The notes beneath the pieces are model-generated. The model did no database searches and was not told the origin of the DNA. It was given only the letters and a program-made list of their open reading frames with translations. A program made the position numbers and the translations under genes. A stretch of 64,000 nucleotides of DNA, from contig JAVHVD010000031.1 in assembly GCA_032160745.1 (NCBI GenBank), positions 25,749 to 89,748 of the forward strand. The letters run 5' to 3'. The stretch's first letter is position 1. Each line of letters begins with the position of its first letter. Shown here piece after piece: positions 48,588 to 57,893 of this stretch. Origin of the DNA: Pseudonocardiales bacterium. Its GTDB lineage: Bacteria; Actinomycetota; Actinomycetes; Mycobacteriales; Jatrophihabitantaceae.

Positions 48588-49556
48588 CTAATCCACCGTC
48601 ACGTAATCAGGGCCGTCGTAGCTGCCGGTCGACAGCTTGTGCCGCTGCAGCAGCAGGTCGTTGAGCAGGCTGGACGCGCCGAAGCGGAAGAGCGCCGGGT
48701 CGAGCCATTCCTCACCGGCCACCTCGTTGACCATCACCAGGTACCGGACGGCCTCCTTGGCCGCGCGGATGCCCCCCGCGAGCTTCACGCCCCGCAGCTC
48801 GCCGGTGCGGTCGCGGAAGTCGCGGACCGCCTCGAGCATCACCAGCGAGACCGGCGGTTTGGCTGCGGGATTGACCTTGCCGGTGGACGTCTTGATGAAG
48901 TCGCCGCCGGCGAGCAGCGCCAGCCACGACGCCCGGCGCACGTTGTCGAGTGTCGCAAGCTCCCCGGTCTCGAGGATCACCTTGAGGTGCGCGTCGCCGC
49001 ACTCCGCCTTGGTCGCCACGATCTCCTCGAACACCTGCAGGTAGTGCCCGGCCAGGAACGCACCGCGGTCGATCACCATGTCGATCTCGGTGGCGCCGGC
49101 GGCCACCGCGTCCCGTACGTCCTGCAGCTTCGTCGACAGCGCCGCGCGGCCGGACGGGAACGCCGTCGCCACTGACGCGATCTGCACCGTGCGGCTGCCC
49201 GGCAGGTGCGACGCCCGCAGCGCGTCCACCGCCGTCTCGACCAGGTCGGGGTAGACGCAGACCGCGGCAACGGAAGGCACCGTCGGGTCGGACGGGTCGG
49301 GGCGGGCCGCCTTGGCGCACAGCGAGCGCACCTTGCCCGGGGTATCCGCACCTTCCAGCGTGGTGAGGTCGACCATCGAGATCGACATGTCGATCGCCCA
49401 GGCCTTGGCCGTCGTCTTGATGCTGCGGGTGGCCAGGGACGCGGCGCGCGCCTCGGCCCCCACCTGATCGACACCCGGCAGTCCGTGCAGGAACCGCCGC
49501 AGCGCCGCGTCGTCGCGGGCCACATCGCCCATCGCCGAGCTCTCGAGAACCGTCAC
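48588..49556 (-). CDS. deoC: Deoxyribose-phosphate aldolase
   Basis: DLTTLEG, VCVYP, FPSG, EIDMVI, LKVILETGEL, FIKTSTGK, GVKLAGG, RFGAS. Confidence 0.95.
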   Translation of the reverse strand: MTVLESSAMGDVARDDAALRRFLHGLPGVDQVGAEARAASLATRSIKTTAKAWAIDMSISMVDLTTLEGADTPGKVRSLCAKAARPDPSDPTVPSVAAVCVYPDLVETAVDALRASHLPGSRTVQIASVATAFPSGRAALSTKLQDVRDAVAAGATEIDMVIDRGAFLAGHYLQVFEEIVATKAECGDAHLKVILETGELATLDNVRRASWLALLAGGDFIKTSTGKVNPAAKPPVSLVMLEAVRDFRDRTGELRGVKLAGGIRAAKEAVRYLVMVNEVAGEEWLDPALFRFGASSLLNDLLLQRHKLSTGSYDGPDYVTVD

Positions 49557-49602
49557 CTGGCCACTCTATGACCGTCGCGCCGCTCGGCCATAAGGTCGAC
49601 GG

Positions 49603-50226
49603 GTGCAGACCAACGTCGTCGACCATCCGATCGTCCAGGCGCGACTGACGGTCATGCGCGACGAGCGGAGCACGAACTCGGAGTTCCGCGCGGCGCTGCG
49701 CGAGCTCGCGACCCTGCTCGTATACGAGGCCACCCGCGATCTGGAGCGCGCGGACCACCCGATCACCACCCCCGTGGCGCCCACGGTCGGCACGGCGATC
49801 GCCAACCCGCCGCTGCTGGTCCCGGTCCTACGGGCCGGGCTGGGCATGGCCGAAGCGGCGTTCAACCTGCTCCCGGAGTCGCAGATGGGCTTCGTCGGGC
49901 TGGCGCGGGACGAGAAGACGCACGAGCCGCACGCGTACATGGCCTCGCTGCCGGATTCGCTGGCCGGCCGGCCGGTGATCGTCCTAGACCCGATGCTCGC
50001 CACCGGAGGCTCGCTGTTGCACTGCCTCGAGCTGTTGTCCGAGCGCGGGGCGGAGGACCTCACCGTCATCTGCGCGCTGGCCGCTCCGGAGGGGCTCGGC
50101 GCGCTGGAACGTTCCGGGCTGCCGATCCGCCTGTTCACCGCCAGCGTCGACGAGCGACTCAACGAGAACGCCTACATCGTGCCCGGCCTCGGGGATGCGG
50201 GGGACCGCCAGTTCGGTCCCCGCTGA
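49603..50226 (+). CDS. upp: Uracil phosphoribosyltransferase
   Basis: [29 protein letters not shown]. Confidence 0.97.
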   Translation: MQTNVVDHPIVQARLTVMRDERSTNSEFRAALRELATLLVYEATRDLERADHPITTPVAPTVGTAIANPPLLVPVLRAGLGMAEAAFNLLPESQMGFVGLARDEKTHEPHAYMASLPDSLAGRPVIVLDPMLATGGSLLHCLELLSERGAEDLTVICALAAPEGLGALERSGLPIRLFTASVDERLNENAYIVPGLGDAGDRQFGPR

Positions 50227-50309
50227 CTCACGCTCCGCCGGCGCTGTGACCACATCGTTACGGGCAGTTCGCGTTCAGACGCAACGTTCCGTCCGATCAT
50301 TCCGTCTGT

Positions 50310-50936
50310 ATGGACGTGCGGGTGTGTGGCGGACGAGGGTCGCTGCGGCTGATCCTCGGTATCGTCGCGCTCGCGCTCGCGCTCGTTTTGGCCGGATGCG
50401 CGGCACACTCCGCCCGGCAGACCGGCTCCTCCCCGCACACCGGGACGAAGACCGAGTCCTTCCACGCGTACGACGCCAGCGGCCAACTCGTGGTGAAGGT
50501 CGCCGATGTGGCGAGCGGGAACTGCTGGACGAACAGCGTGGCCGCCCCCGCCCCGGACTCCTACCGATGCTTCGCCGGCAACAACATCCTCGACCCGTGC
50601 TTCGCCCCCTCCGTAACCACCGCTCCGGCCGAGGTGGCGTGCCTGGCCAGCCCGTGGTCAGCGGCCAGGGTCCTGAAGCTGACCGGGCCGCTGCCCGTCG
50701 CTGACCCGGCCGCCGTTGTCCGGCCCTGGGCGTTCCAACTCGACAACGGCGCCCGGTGCGTGGCCAGCACGGGCACCGTCCCGGCCGTCCACGGCATCAA
50801 CCTCGCCTACCACTGCACGGACGGCCGCAACGCCAGTCTGCGGGACACCTCGGCCGACACCGTCACCGCCGATTACGGCGATGTGAAGGCGCAGACCATC
50901 CAGCTGGTGACCGTCACCAGAATCTGGCGCGGCTGA
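50310..50936 (+). CDS. Cysteine-rich lipoprotein of unknown function
   Basis: Hydrophobic stretch plus LAGC lipobox; six further Cys (GNCWT, YRCF, DPCF, VACL, ARCV, YHCT). Confidence 0.75.
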   Translation: MDVRVCGGRGSLRLILGIVALALALVLAGCAAHSARQTGSSPHTGTKTESFHAYDASGQLVVKVADVASGNCWTNSVAAPAPDSYRCFAGNNILDPCFAPSVTTAPAEVACLASPWSAARVLKLTGPLPVADPAAVVRPWAFQLDNGARCVASTGTVPAVHGINLAYHCTDGRNASLRDTSADTVTADYGDVKAQTIQLVTVTRIWRG

Positions 50937-51024
50937 GGCAACCGAACACCCCCGTCGCGCGACTTCTCTACATGCAGGTCGTTACCCGGTTCGCCCGCGC
51001 CTGCACGGCGTCGGACCGGGAACC

Positions 51025-51594
51025 GTGGGTGTGGCAGTCTTGACCGCCGTGGCGGCTGACAATCCGGTCCAGCCGGTCGTCGACGAGCCGACCCCGCGGA
51101 CCGAACTGATCGATCTGCACACGCTGTACACCAACCACTGGCGCTCCCTCGTCCGGTTGGCCGTCCTGCTTGTCGACGACATCGCCAGCGCCGAGGACGT
51201 CGTGCAGGACGCCTTCGTCGCATTGCACAAGCGCAGTGGCGGGCTGCGCGAGCCGGAGGCCGCCCTGGCCTACCTGCGGGCGTCGGTCGTCAACCTGTCC
51301 CGGTCGGTTCTGCGCCGGCGGCAGGTCGCCCGCAAGCACCTGCGCGTTGCCGAGCCGGAGGCCACCGCATCGGCTGATCATGACGTGCTGCTCCGCGACG
51401 AGCACCGCGCGGCGCTCACCGCGGTGAAGGCGCTGCCGCGTCACCAGCGCGAGGTGCTCGTCCTGCGCTACTGGTCGGGGCTGTCAGAACGCGAGATCGC
51501 CGCCGCGCTCGGCATCTCGGCCGGTTCGGTGAAGTCCGCGGCGAGCCGCGGGCTGGCTGCCCTGCAACGCGTCCTCGGAGGTGAGTTCGGATGA
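51025..51594 (+). CDS. ECF RNA polymerase sigma factor, actinobacterial SigE family
   Basis: LVRLAVLLVDD..SAEDVVQDAF, AYLRASVVN, LPRHQREVLVLRYW..LSE.EIA..LGIS.GSVKS; start uncertain (51025-51049). Confidence 0.92.
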   Translation: MGVAVLTAVAADNPVQPVVDEPTPRTELIDLHTLYTNHWRSLVRLAVLLVDDIASAEDVVQDAFVALHKRSGGLREPEAALAYLRASVVNLSRSVLRRRQVARKHLRVAEPEATASADHDVLLRDEHRAALTAVKALPRHQREVLVLRYWSGLSEREIAAALGISAGSVKSAASRGLAALQRVLGGEFG

Positions 51595-52718
51595 CCGAGA
51601 ACGAGTTCGAGCGCACGCTGCGCGAGGCCTTCGACGCACGAGCCCGCGCCGCGGTGGGCGACCAGGTCAGTCCGCCACCGCCCCGGTTCGCGACCGGCGC
51701 CCGCTCGGCGCGGCGGCACCGCCGGGCGCGGCTCCTGGCGCCACTGGCTGCCGCCGCGGCCGTCATCGGAGTGGTCTCCTCGGTCGCCGCGCTGCGTGAC
51801 GACTCGTCGGGTGACAGGCACGAGGTCGGGGTAGGCGGGCAGAACTCCACCGTGTCGTCGACCGGCTCGCCCGACCTGCGCCCGACCACCGCGGGGTCCC
51901 TGCCGTCGTCGTCCCCGCAGATGGCTGCAGTGCGGCAGGTGCACATCAAACTGCACAACGCCGACGGGGCGGTGTACGGCGTCGGCATGCCGGTGATCGC
52001 CTACTTCTCCGGCATGATCGCCGAGTCGAAGACCCTGAGCGCCGCCACGTCCATCACGGTCAACGGCAAGCCGTGTCACGGTGCGTGGTACTTCGAGAGA
52101 TCGTCAGCCCTGCCCGGGTACCCGCTCGAGGGTCATCTCCGGATGTCGACGTACTGGCCGGCCCACGCCAAGATCCACGTGGGGTTGGACACCGGGGGAC
52201 GTTCCGCGGGGCAGGGCCGCACCTTCGACGACTCGCTCACGCTCGACTTCTCCACTGGTGCCCAGACGATCGCGGTCGTCGATGACAAGACGCACCGGAT
52301 GACCGTGACCAGCGACGGCAAGAAGGTGGGCACCTTCCCGGTCTCGCTCGGCTCCGCGAGCACGCCGACAATGAGCGGGACGAAGGTGATCATGGCCAAG
52401 GGTGACCCGATCTGCATGAGTGGCCCCGGCTACGACAGTTGCGACATCAGGTACACGCAGCGGCTGAGCTACGACGGTGAGTACCTGCACGCCGCGCCCT
52501 GGAACCTCGAGAACATCAAGGCCGGCATCGACTCCTCCCACGGAACGACCAACCTGTTGCCGGACGACGCCAAGCGGCTGTTCGGCGTCCTCGAGGTCGG
52601 CGACATCGTCCGGTATCCCAACGCGTCCGGCCCGCTCATGCCGGTCAGCGCAGGCTTGGGCGACTGGAACGTGCCGTGGAAGGTCTGGCTGCTCGGTGGC
52701 GCGATCCCGACTCGCTAG
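51591..52718 (+). CDS. Membrane protein with anti-sigma-like N-terminus and L,D-transpeptidase-like domain lacking the catalytic Cys
   Basis: ERTLREAF..RA N-terminus, TM segment PLAAAAAVIGVV, Ig-like domain (YGVGMPVI, YWPAH), YkuD-like FPVSLG..TPT.SG, YLHAAPW, SHGTTN. Confidence 0.85.
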   Translation: MTENEFERTLREAFDARARAAVGDQVSPPPPRFATGARSARRHRRARLLAPLAAAAAVIGVVSSVAALRDDSSGDRHEVGVGGQNSTVSSTGSPDLRPTTAGSLPSSSPQMAAVRQVHIKLHNADGAVYGVGMPVIAYFSGMIAESKTLSAATSITVNGKPCHGAWYFERSSALPGYPLEGHLRMSTYWPAHAKIHVGLDTGGRSAGQGRTFDDSLTLDFSTGAQTIAVVDDKTHRMTVTSDGKKVGTFPVSLGSASTPTMSGTKVIMAKGDPICMSGPGYDSCDIRYTQRLSYDGEYLHAAPWNLENIKAGIDSSHGTTNLLPDDAKRLFGVLEVGDIVRYPNASGPLMPVSAGLGDWNVPWKVWLLGGAIPTR

Positions 52719-54307
52719 CCGGCGAGCAGGGCCGACACCTCGGCCCGCACCCGGCGCAGCGTCGCGGCCGCCGCCTCGGCCGAACCACTGGGCTCGATCA
52801 CCTCGAGGTAGGCCTTGAGCTTCGGCTCGGTGCCGGACGGCCGGACGACCACCCGCCCGCCCGGCCACCGCCAGCGCAGCACGTCGGCGTCCGGCAGCAG
52901 GTCCTCGACGCCGAGCGTCTCACCCAGCAGCGTTGCAGGCGGCGCGGCCCGCAGGCGGCGCATCGTGTCGTCGATGATCGACAGGTCGTCCACCCGGATC
53001 GCGATCTGGTCGGTGGCGTACCGGCCGAATCGAGCGGCGAGCTCGTCCAGCCGGGCAAGGAGGCTGGATCCGTCGGCCTTCAGCCGGGCGGCCAGTTCGG
53101 CCACCCGAAGGGCGGCGCTGATCCCGTCCTTGTCGCGGACCAGGTTCGGGGCCACCGCGTAGCCGAGCGCTTCCTCGTACCCGAAGACGAGATCAGGCGC
53201 GGCGCGCGAGACCCACTTGAAACCGGTGAGCGTTTCGGCGTAGCCGACGCCGGAGTCGGCCGCCAGCACGCCGAGCATCGACGACGACACGATGGTGGTG
53301 GCGTAGGTGCCGCGGATGCCTTCGCGCAGCAGCGCGTCGGCGAGCAGGACACCCACTTCGTCGCCCCGCAACATCCGCCACTCGCCGTCGGGTGCATCCA
53401 GCGGGACCGCGACGGCGCACCGATCGGCGTCGGGGTCGTTGGCCAGCACCACATCGGCCCTCCGCTCGCGGGCCAGGGCCAGGGCCAGATCCAAGGCCCC
53501 TGGCTCCTCGGGGTTCGGGAATGACACGGTGGGGAAGTCGGGGTCCGGCTGCTCCTGCTGCGGCACCGGCGCGACGTCGGTGAACCCGGCCGCGGCGAAG
53601 ACGGCGTGCACCGTCTCCGTCCCGACGCCGTGCATCGCGGTGTGCACGATCTGCAGGTCGCGTGGGCCGGCGCCGATGAGCCCGGCAACCGCGGCGACGT
53701 AGGACGTGAAGATCTCCTCGCCGACGACCCTGACCGCGGCGTCGTCCAGCGGGATCGCGGACGTCGCCCCGACCGCCTCGATCGCCGCCTCGATCTCCGC
53801 ATCGGTCGGCGAGACGATCTGTGCGCCGTCGGCGGCGTACACCTTGTAGCCGTTGTCGCGCGGCGGGTTGTGCGAGGCAGTGACCATCACGCCCGCGGCC
53901 GCACCGAGATGCTGCACCGCGAAGGCCAGCACCGGGGTGGGCAGGACCCGAGGGAGCAGCCGGGCGCCGAACCCGGCCGCGGCGAAGATCGCCGCGGAGT
54001 CGCGGGCGAAGTCCGACGAGCCGTGCCGGGCGTCGTAGCCGACGACGACGGGCGCGCCACGGTGCCCGTGCTCGGTCAGCCAGGCGGCCAGTCCGGCGGC
54101 CGCCCGGCGTACGACCGCCCGGTTCATGCCGTTGGGGCCGGCGCGCAGCGGTCCGCGCAGGCCGGCGGTGCCGAACAGGAGTGGGGCGGCGAAGCGGTCG
54201 GCCAACTCGGCGTCGTCGCCGGCGTCGAGCAGCCCTTGCAGCTCGGTCGCCGCGGCGGGGTCGACCTCGTCGGCGATCCAGGCCTCGACGTCGGAACGGG
54301 CTACCAC
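52715..54307 (-). CDS. Phospho-sugar mutase (phosphomannomutase/phosphopentomutase family)
   Basis: FGTAGLRG, TASHNP, DPDADR, GYEEA, DKDG, RPSGTEPKLK. Confidence 0.93.
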   Translation of the reverse strand: MVARSDVEAWIADEVDPAAATELQGLLDAGDDAELADRFAAPLLFGTAGLRGPLRAGPNGMNRAVVRRAAAGLAAWLTEHGHRGAPVVVGYDARHGSSDFARDSAAIFAAAGFGARLLPRVLPTPVLAFAVQHLGAAAGVMVTASHNPPRDNGYKVYAADGAQIVSPTDAEIEAAIEAVGATSAIPLDDAAVRVVGEEIFTSYVAAVAGLIGAGPRDLQIVHTAMHGVGTETVHAVFAAAGFTDVAPVPQQEQPDPDFPTVSFPNPEEPGALDLALALARERRADVVLANDPDADRCAVAVPLDAPDGEWRMLRGDEVGVLLADALLREGIRGTYATTIVSSSMLGVLAADSGVGYAETLTGFKWVSRAAPDLVFGYEEALGYAVAPNLVRDKDGISAALRVAELAARLKADGSSLLARLDELAARFGRYATDQIAIRVDDLSIIDDTMRRLRAAPPATLLGETLGVEDLLPDADVLRWRWPGGRVVVRPSGTEPKLKAYLEVIEPSGSAEAAAATLRRVRAEVSALLAG

Positions 54308-54332
54308 CGCGACCCCACTCCGTCACTGATTC

Positions 54333-55109
54333 TCATGATCGACTCGCCACCTCGTCGATGCCGAACCCTTCGGAGGTGAACCCGCCACCGACGTAGCCGT
54401 CGGACGGGTGCGGCTCGGCGTCCGGGATCTCGGCCAGGTGGTCCTCGGCGTCGTCGTGCGGCTCGTAGCCGAGCCTGCGCCCGGCGTCGAGCGACCACGT
54501 CCGGCGGGTGTTCGCCGAGATGCCCCACACGAGTGCGTAGGTCAGCGACGGTGACCGCAGGGACGCGTCGACCAACCGCGCCGCGTCGTCGGGGGAGAGC
54601 CAGGTGCTGAGCGAACGCGGGTGCGAGGGCCGGTCCTCGAAGGTGCCGATCCGCAGGCAGGCGACGCGCATCGCGTAGCGGTCGACGTAGTAGCGGCCGA
54701 GCGCCTCGCCGAACACCTTGCTGACGCCGTAGAGGGTGTCCGGTCGCGGCGGCAGGTCGGCGGGCTGGTCGTCGGCCAGCGGTGTGTATCCCACGGCGTG
54801 GTTGGACGAGGCGTAGACCACGCGCGGCACGCCGGCTCGGCGGGCGGCCTCGAAGACCTGGAACGTCCCCTCGACGTTCGCGTTGCGGATGATCGGCCAC
54901 GGGGCCTCGGTCGGTTGCCCGGCGAGGTGGACAACCGCGTCGACGTCCGACATGGCGGCGTCGAGGTCGGCAGCCGAGGTGACGTCGCCGATGATTCCGC
55001 CGGGAACGTCGTCGCGGTCGAACGGGCGTAGCTCCCAGCCGAAGGCCGGCAGCCGCTCCATCAGTGCGCGGCCGATCCGGCCGGCCGCGCCGGTGAGCAG
55101 GACCGTCAT
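54333..55109 (-). CDS. NAD-dependent epimerase/dehydrogenase, uronate dehydrogenase-like
   Basis: [50 protein letters not shown]; ATGA overlap with punA. Confidence 0.85.
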   Translation of the reverse strand: MTVLLTGAAGRIGRALMERLPAFGWELRPFDRDDVPGGIIGDVTSAADLDAAMSDVDAVVHLAGQPTEAPWPIIRNANVEGTFQVFEAARRAGVPRVVYASSNHAVGYTPLADDQPADLPPRPDTLYGVSKVFGEALGRYYVDRYAMRVACLRIGTFEDRPSHPRSLSTWLSPDDAARLVDASLRSPSLTYALVWGISANTRRTWSLDAGRRLGYEPHDDAEDHLAEIPDAEPHPSDGYVGGGFTSEGFGIDEVASRS

Positions 55110-55909
55110 AGCCGGGGGATCACCTGACCGAGCAGCGTCCCCATCCGGGTCGCCGACGCCTTGCCCACGGCCAGGACCTCCTCGTGGTCGAGCGGGTCCC
55201 CCAGCCCGGCCGCGAGATTGGTGACCAGCGAGATGCCGAGGACCTCGCAGCCCTCGGCGTGCGCGGCGATCGCCTCGAGGACGGTGGACATGCCGACGAG
55301 ATCGGCGCCCAGCACCCCGGCCATCCGCACCTCGGCCGGCGTCTCGTACTGCGGCCCGGGGAACTGCGCGTAGACGCCCTCGGGGATGGCCGGATCGATC
55401 TCGTGGACGAGCGCGCGCAACCGGGCGGCATACACGTCGGACAGGTCGACGAAGCGCGGACCGACGAGCGGAGTGCGCCACGTGAGGTTCAGGTGGTCGC
55501 TGATGAGGACCGGGTCGCCGACCGACAGACCGGGCCGCAGCCCGCCGCAGGCGTTGGTCAGCACAATGACCCGGCAGCCCGCAGCGGCGGCCACGCGTAC
55601 GCCGTGGACGACCGGCTCGACGCCGCGTCCTTCGTAGAAGTGGGTGCGGCCCAGGAAGGCCAGCACCCGCCGCCCACCGACCTCGAGCGAGCGGATCCGC
55701 CCGGCGTGCCCCTCGACGGCCGGCGGCAGGAAGCCGGGGAGGTCGGTGACCGGCAGATCGGCGACGGCGGTGCCGAGCGCGTCGACGGCCGGCACCCAAC
55801 CGGAGCCGAGGACGACCGCAACATCGTGGCGGTCGATCCCCGTGCGGCTGGCCAGTTCGGCGGCCGCTGCCGCGGCAGTCTCGGCGGGGGTGGCGTCAGC
55901 TCCGGTCAC
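55106..55909 (-). CDS. punA: Purine-nucleoside phosphorylase
   Basis: [42 protein letters not shown]. Confidence 0.95.
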   Translation of the reverse strand: MTGADATPAETAAAAAAELASRTGIDRHDVAVVLGSGWVPAVDALGTAVADLPVTDLPGFLPPAVEGHAGRIRSLEVGGRRVLAFLGRTHFYEGRGVEPVVHGVRVAAAAGCRVIVLTNACGGLRPGLSVGDPVLISDHLNLTWRTPLVGPRFVDLSDVYAARLRALVHEIDPAIPEGVYAQFPGPQYETPAEVRMAGVLGADLVGMSTVLEAIAAHAEGCEVLGISLVTNLAAGLGDPLDHEEVLAVGKASATRMGTLLGQVIPRL

Positions 55910-55973
55910 GCTCGCCGACCCTACCGGGGCACACCGTGCCCGAGCGGTACCGGCGAGCGTGACCTCCCCTGCG

Positions 55974-56333
55974 TCAGCGGTGCGGTCCCCGCTGACAGGC
56001 CATGCACTCAGCGGTCTGCGGCAGGATCTCCAACCGCTCGAGCTCGATCGGTTCGCCGCAGGTGACGCATCGGCCGTAACGGCCTTCGTCCATGCGCCAG
56101 AGAGCGGCTTGGACGTCGTGCAGGGCGGCCCGGGCGCCGGCGACCAGCGAGCGGAAGATCTCCGGCTCGGGACTGCTGAGCGGGCTGGACGGGCCGGGCA
56201 GAAGCAGTTGGGTCAGCTGGTCCACCCGGAATTCGCGCTGCTGCTCGAGCATGCTGCGCAGGACGGCCAGGTGATCTTTCGACAGCGCCGCGCGGGGCAC
56301 GCCGTGCGGGATGTGGACGGTGGAGCGGGACAT
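55974..56333 (-). CDS. TraR/DksA C4-type zinc finger protein
   Basis: [39 protein letters not shown]; GAGGAG RBS before ATG 56333. Confidence 0.88.
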   Translation of the reverse strand: MSRSTVHIPHGVPRAALSKDHLAVLRSMLEQQREFRVDQLTQLLLPGPSSPLSSPEPEIFRSLVAGARAALHDVQAALWRMDEGRYGRCVTCGEPIELERLEILPQTAECMACQRGPHR

Positions 56334-56398
56334 CAGTACTCCTCGGTCGACCGGACGTGGGCGGGTCGCGTCAGCGGTCCCGGACGTTCTGGAAGCGC

Positions 56399-56731
56399 CT
56401 ACGCGAGAGCCTGGGCGGGCGGCCCTCGAACCGGCGGTGCGTGCGCTGTGAGTGAACTGACGGGTGTAGAGGAGTTCGCCATGCCGGTCGAACCGGCGAG
56501 AACAGTCGTCCCGGACGGCGCCGGCGGCAGCAACCCTGGCTGTGCGGTGCGGTGCAGGATCTGCAGCACATCGGCGCTGGTGACCGCGACAACCGCCGCG
56601 CGGTGAGCCACCGGCTCGTGGACCGCGGTGGACCGAGCGGCGGTGACCAGCGCCAGCCCGAGGAGGCACGTGATCAGGAGGGCGAGCGCGCGAACTCGGG
56701 AGTCGACCCCGGTCCGGTTCTGCGCCCGCAT
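56399..56731 (-). CDS. Small membrane-targeted leader ORF ending in RGPP (candidate arrest peptide)
   Basis: MRAQNRTGVDSRVRALALLITCLLGLALVTAA...LTAHAPPVRGPPAQALA; one hydrophobic helix and a low-complexity linker. Confidence 0.6.
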   Translation of the reverse strand: MRAQNRTGVDSRVRALALLITCLLGLALVTAARSTAVHEPVAHRAAVVAVTSADVLQILHRTAQPGLLPPAPSGTTVLAGSTGMANSSTPVSSLTAHAPPVRGPPAQALA

Positions 56732-56808
56732 GCCTCTTAGACGCGGTGCACCAGCGCGTCGTTCCACCGCGGGCGAGTTCGCCGGCTTTTCCGGGCAGAT
56801 TCTCAGGC

Positions 56809-57834
56809 ATGACCTCACCCACGCTGTCGCGCGTCGCGACCACCTACGCCCGCACGATCCTCGACGCCGTCCGCCAGGAGTACCCGAACTCACCACGGCA
56901 CGTCATGCAGCATGCGGACGACCGGCCCACGCCGCGCGGCGCGCACCCGGCGTTCTACGGCTGCTTCGACTGGCACTCCGCGGTCGAGATGCACTGGGCG
57001 CTGGTCCGGATGCTGCGCATCGTCCCTGAGGAGCTGCCGGTCGACGAGATCCGGTGGGTGCTGAACGAGCACCTATCGGCCGAGGCGATCGCCGCCGAGG
57101 CGGCCTACCTGCGCGAGCATCCGGGTTGGGAGCGGCCGTACGGCTACGGCTGGGCGCTCACCCTGACCGCGGAGCTCGAGGCGTGGAGCGACAGCGACGC
57201 GGACGCCCGCCGGTGGGCGGCCAATCTGCGACCACTCGCCGAGGTCGTGGCCGACGCGCTCATCAACTGGCTGCCGCAGTCGACCTACCCGGAGCGTGGA
57301 GGCGCGCACGCGAACACGGCCTTCGCCCTCGCTCGCTCGTTGCCGTACGCGCGGCTCCGCAGCGACGAGGGTGACCTCGGGCTGGTGACAGCCATCGCCG
57401 ACGCGGCCGTTCGGTGGTTCGCCGCCGACATCGACTACCCCGCGGCGTGGGAGCCCAGCGGGTCGGACTTCCTGTCCCCGGCGCTGGCCGAGGCCGAGCT
57501 GATCGCGGCGCTCGCCGCGCCGGCTGAGGAGTTCCCGGAATGGCTGTCGCGATTCCTGCCGCGGCTGGCCGACGGCCGTCCGGAGAGCCTGCTGACTCCG
57601 GCTCTCGTCACCGACCCGACAGACGGTCAGGGCGCACACCTGCACGGTCTCAATCTGTATCGCGCGTACGGCTTCGGGCTGCTGGCCGGGCGGCTGGACG
57701 CGGACGACCCGCGGGTCGACGTCCTGCTCGCGGCCCGCGCGCGGCATGCGGCGGCCTCGCTGCCGGCCGTCGTCGGTGAAGGTTGGATGGTCGAGCACTG
57801 GCTGGCCTGTTACGCCGTCCTGCTGCTGTCCTGA
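56809..57834 (+). CDS. DUF2891 family protein
   Basis: EYPN, HPAFYGCFDWHSAV, ERPYG.GW, H.NTAF, WEPSG.DFLSP, HLHGLN, EHWLA. Confidence 0.88.
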   Translation: MTSPTLSRVATTYARTILDAVRQEYPNSPRHVMQHADDRPTPRGAHPAFYGCFDWHSAVEMHWALVRMLRIVPEELPVDEIRWVLNEHLSAEAIAAEAAYLREHPGWERPYGYGWALTLTAELEAWSDSDADARRWAANLRPLAEVVADALINWLPQSTYPERGGAHANTAFALARSLPYARLRSDEGDLGLVTAIADAAVRWFAADIDYPAAWEPSGSDFLSPALAEAELIAALAAPAEEFPEWLSRFLPRLADGRPESLLTPALVTDPTDGQGAHLHGLNLYRAYGFGLLAGRLDADDPRVDVLLAARARHAAASLPAVVGEGWMVEHWLACYAVLLLS

Positions 57835-57893
57835 ACCCTTCTGGCGCGGCGAGGCGGCGGATCCTAGGCACGACGGCGACGGCTGGGCGGGAC

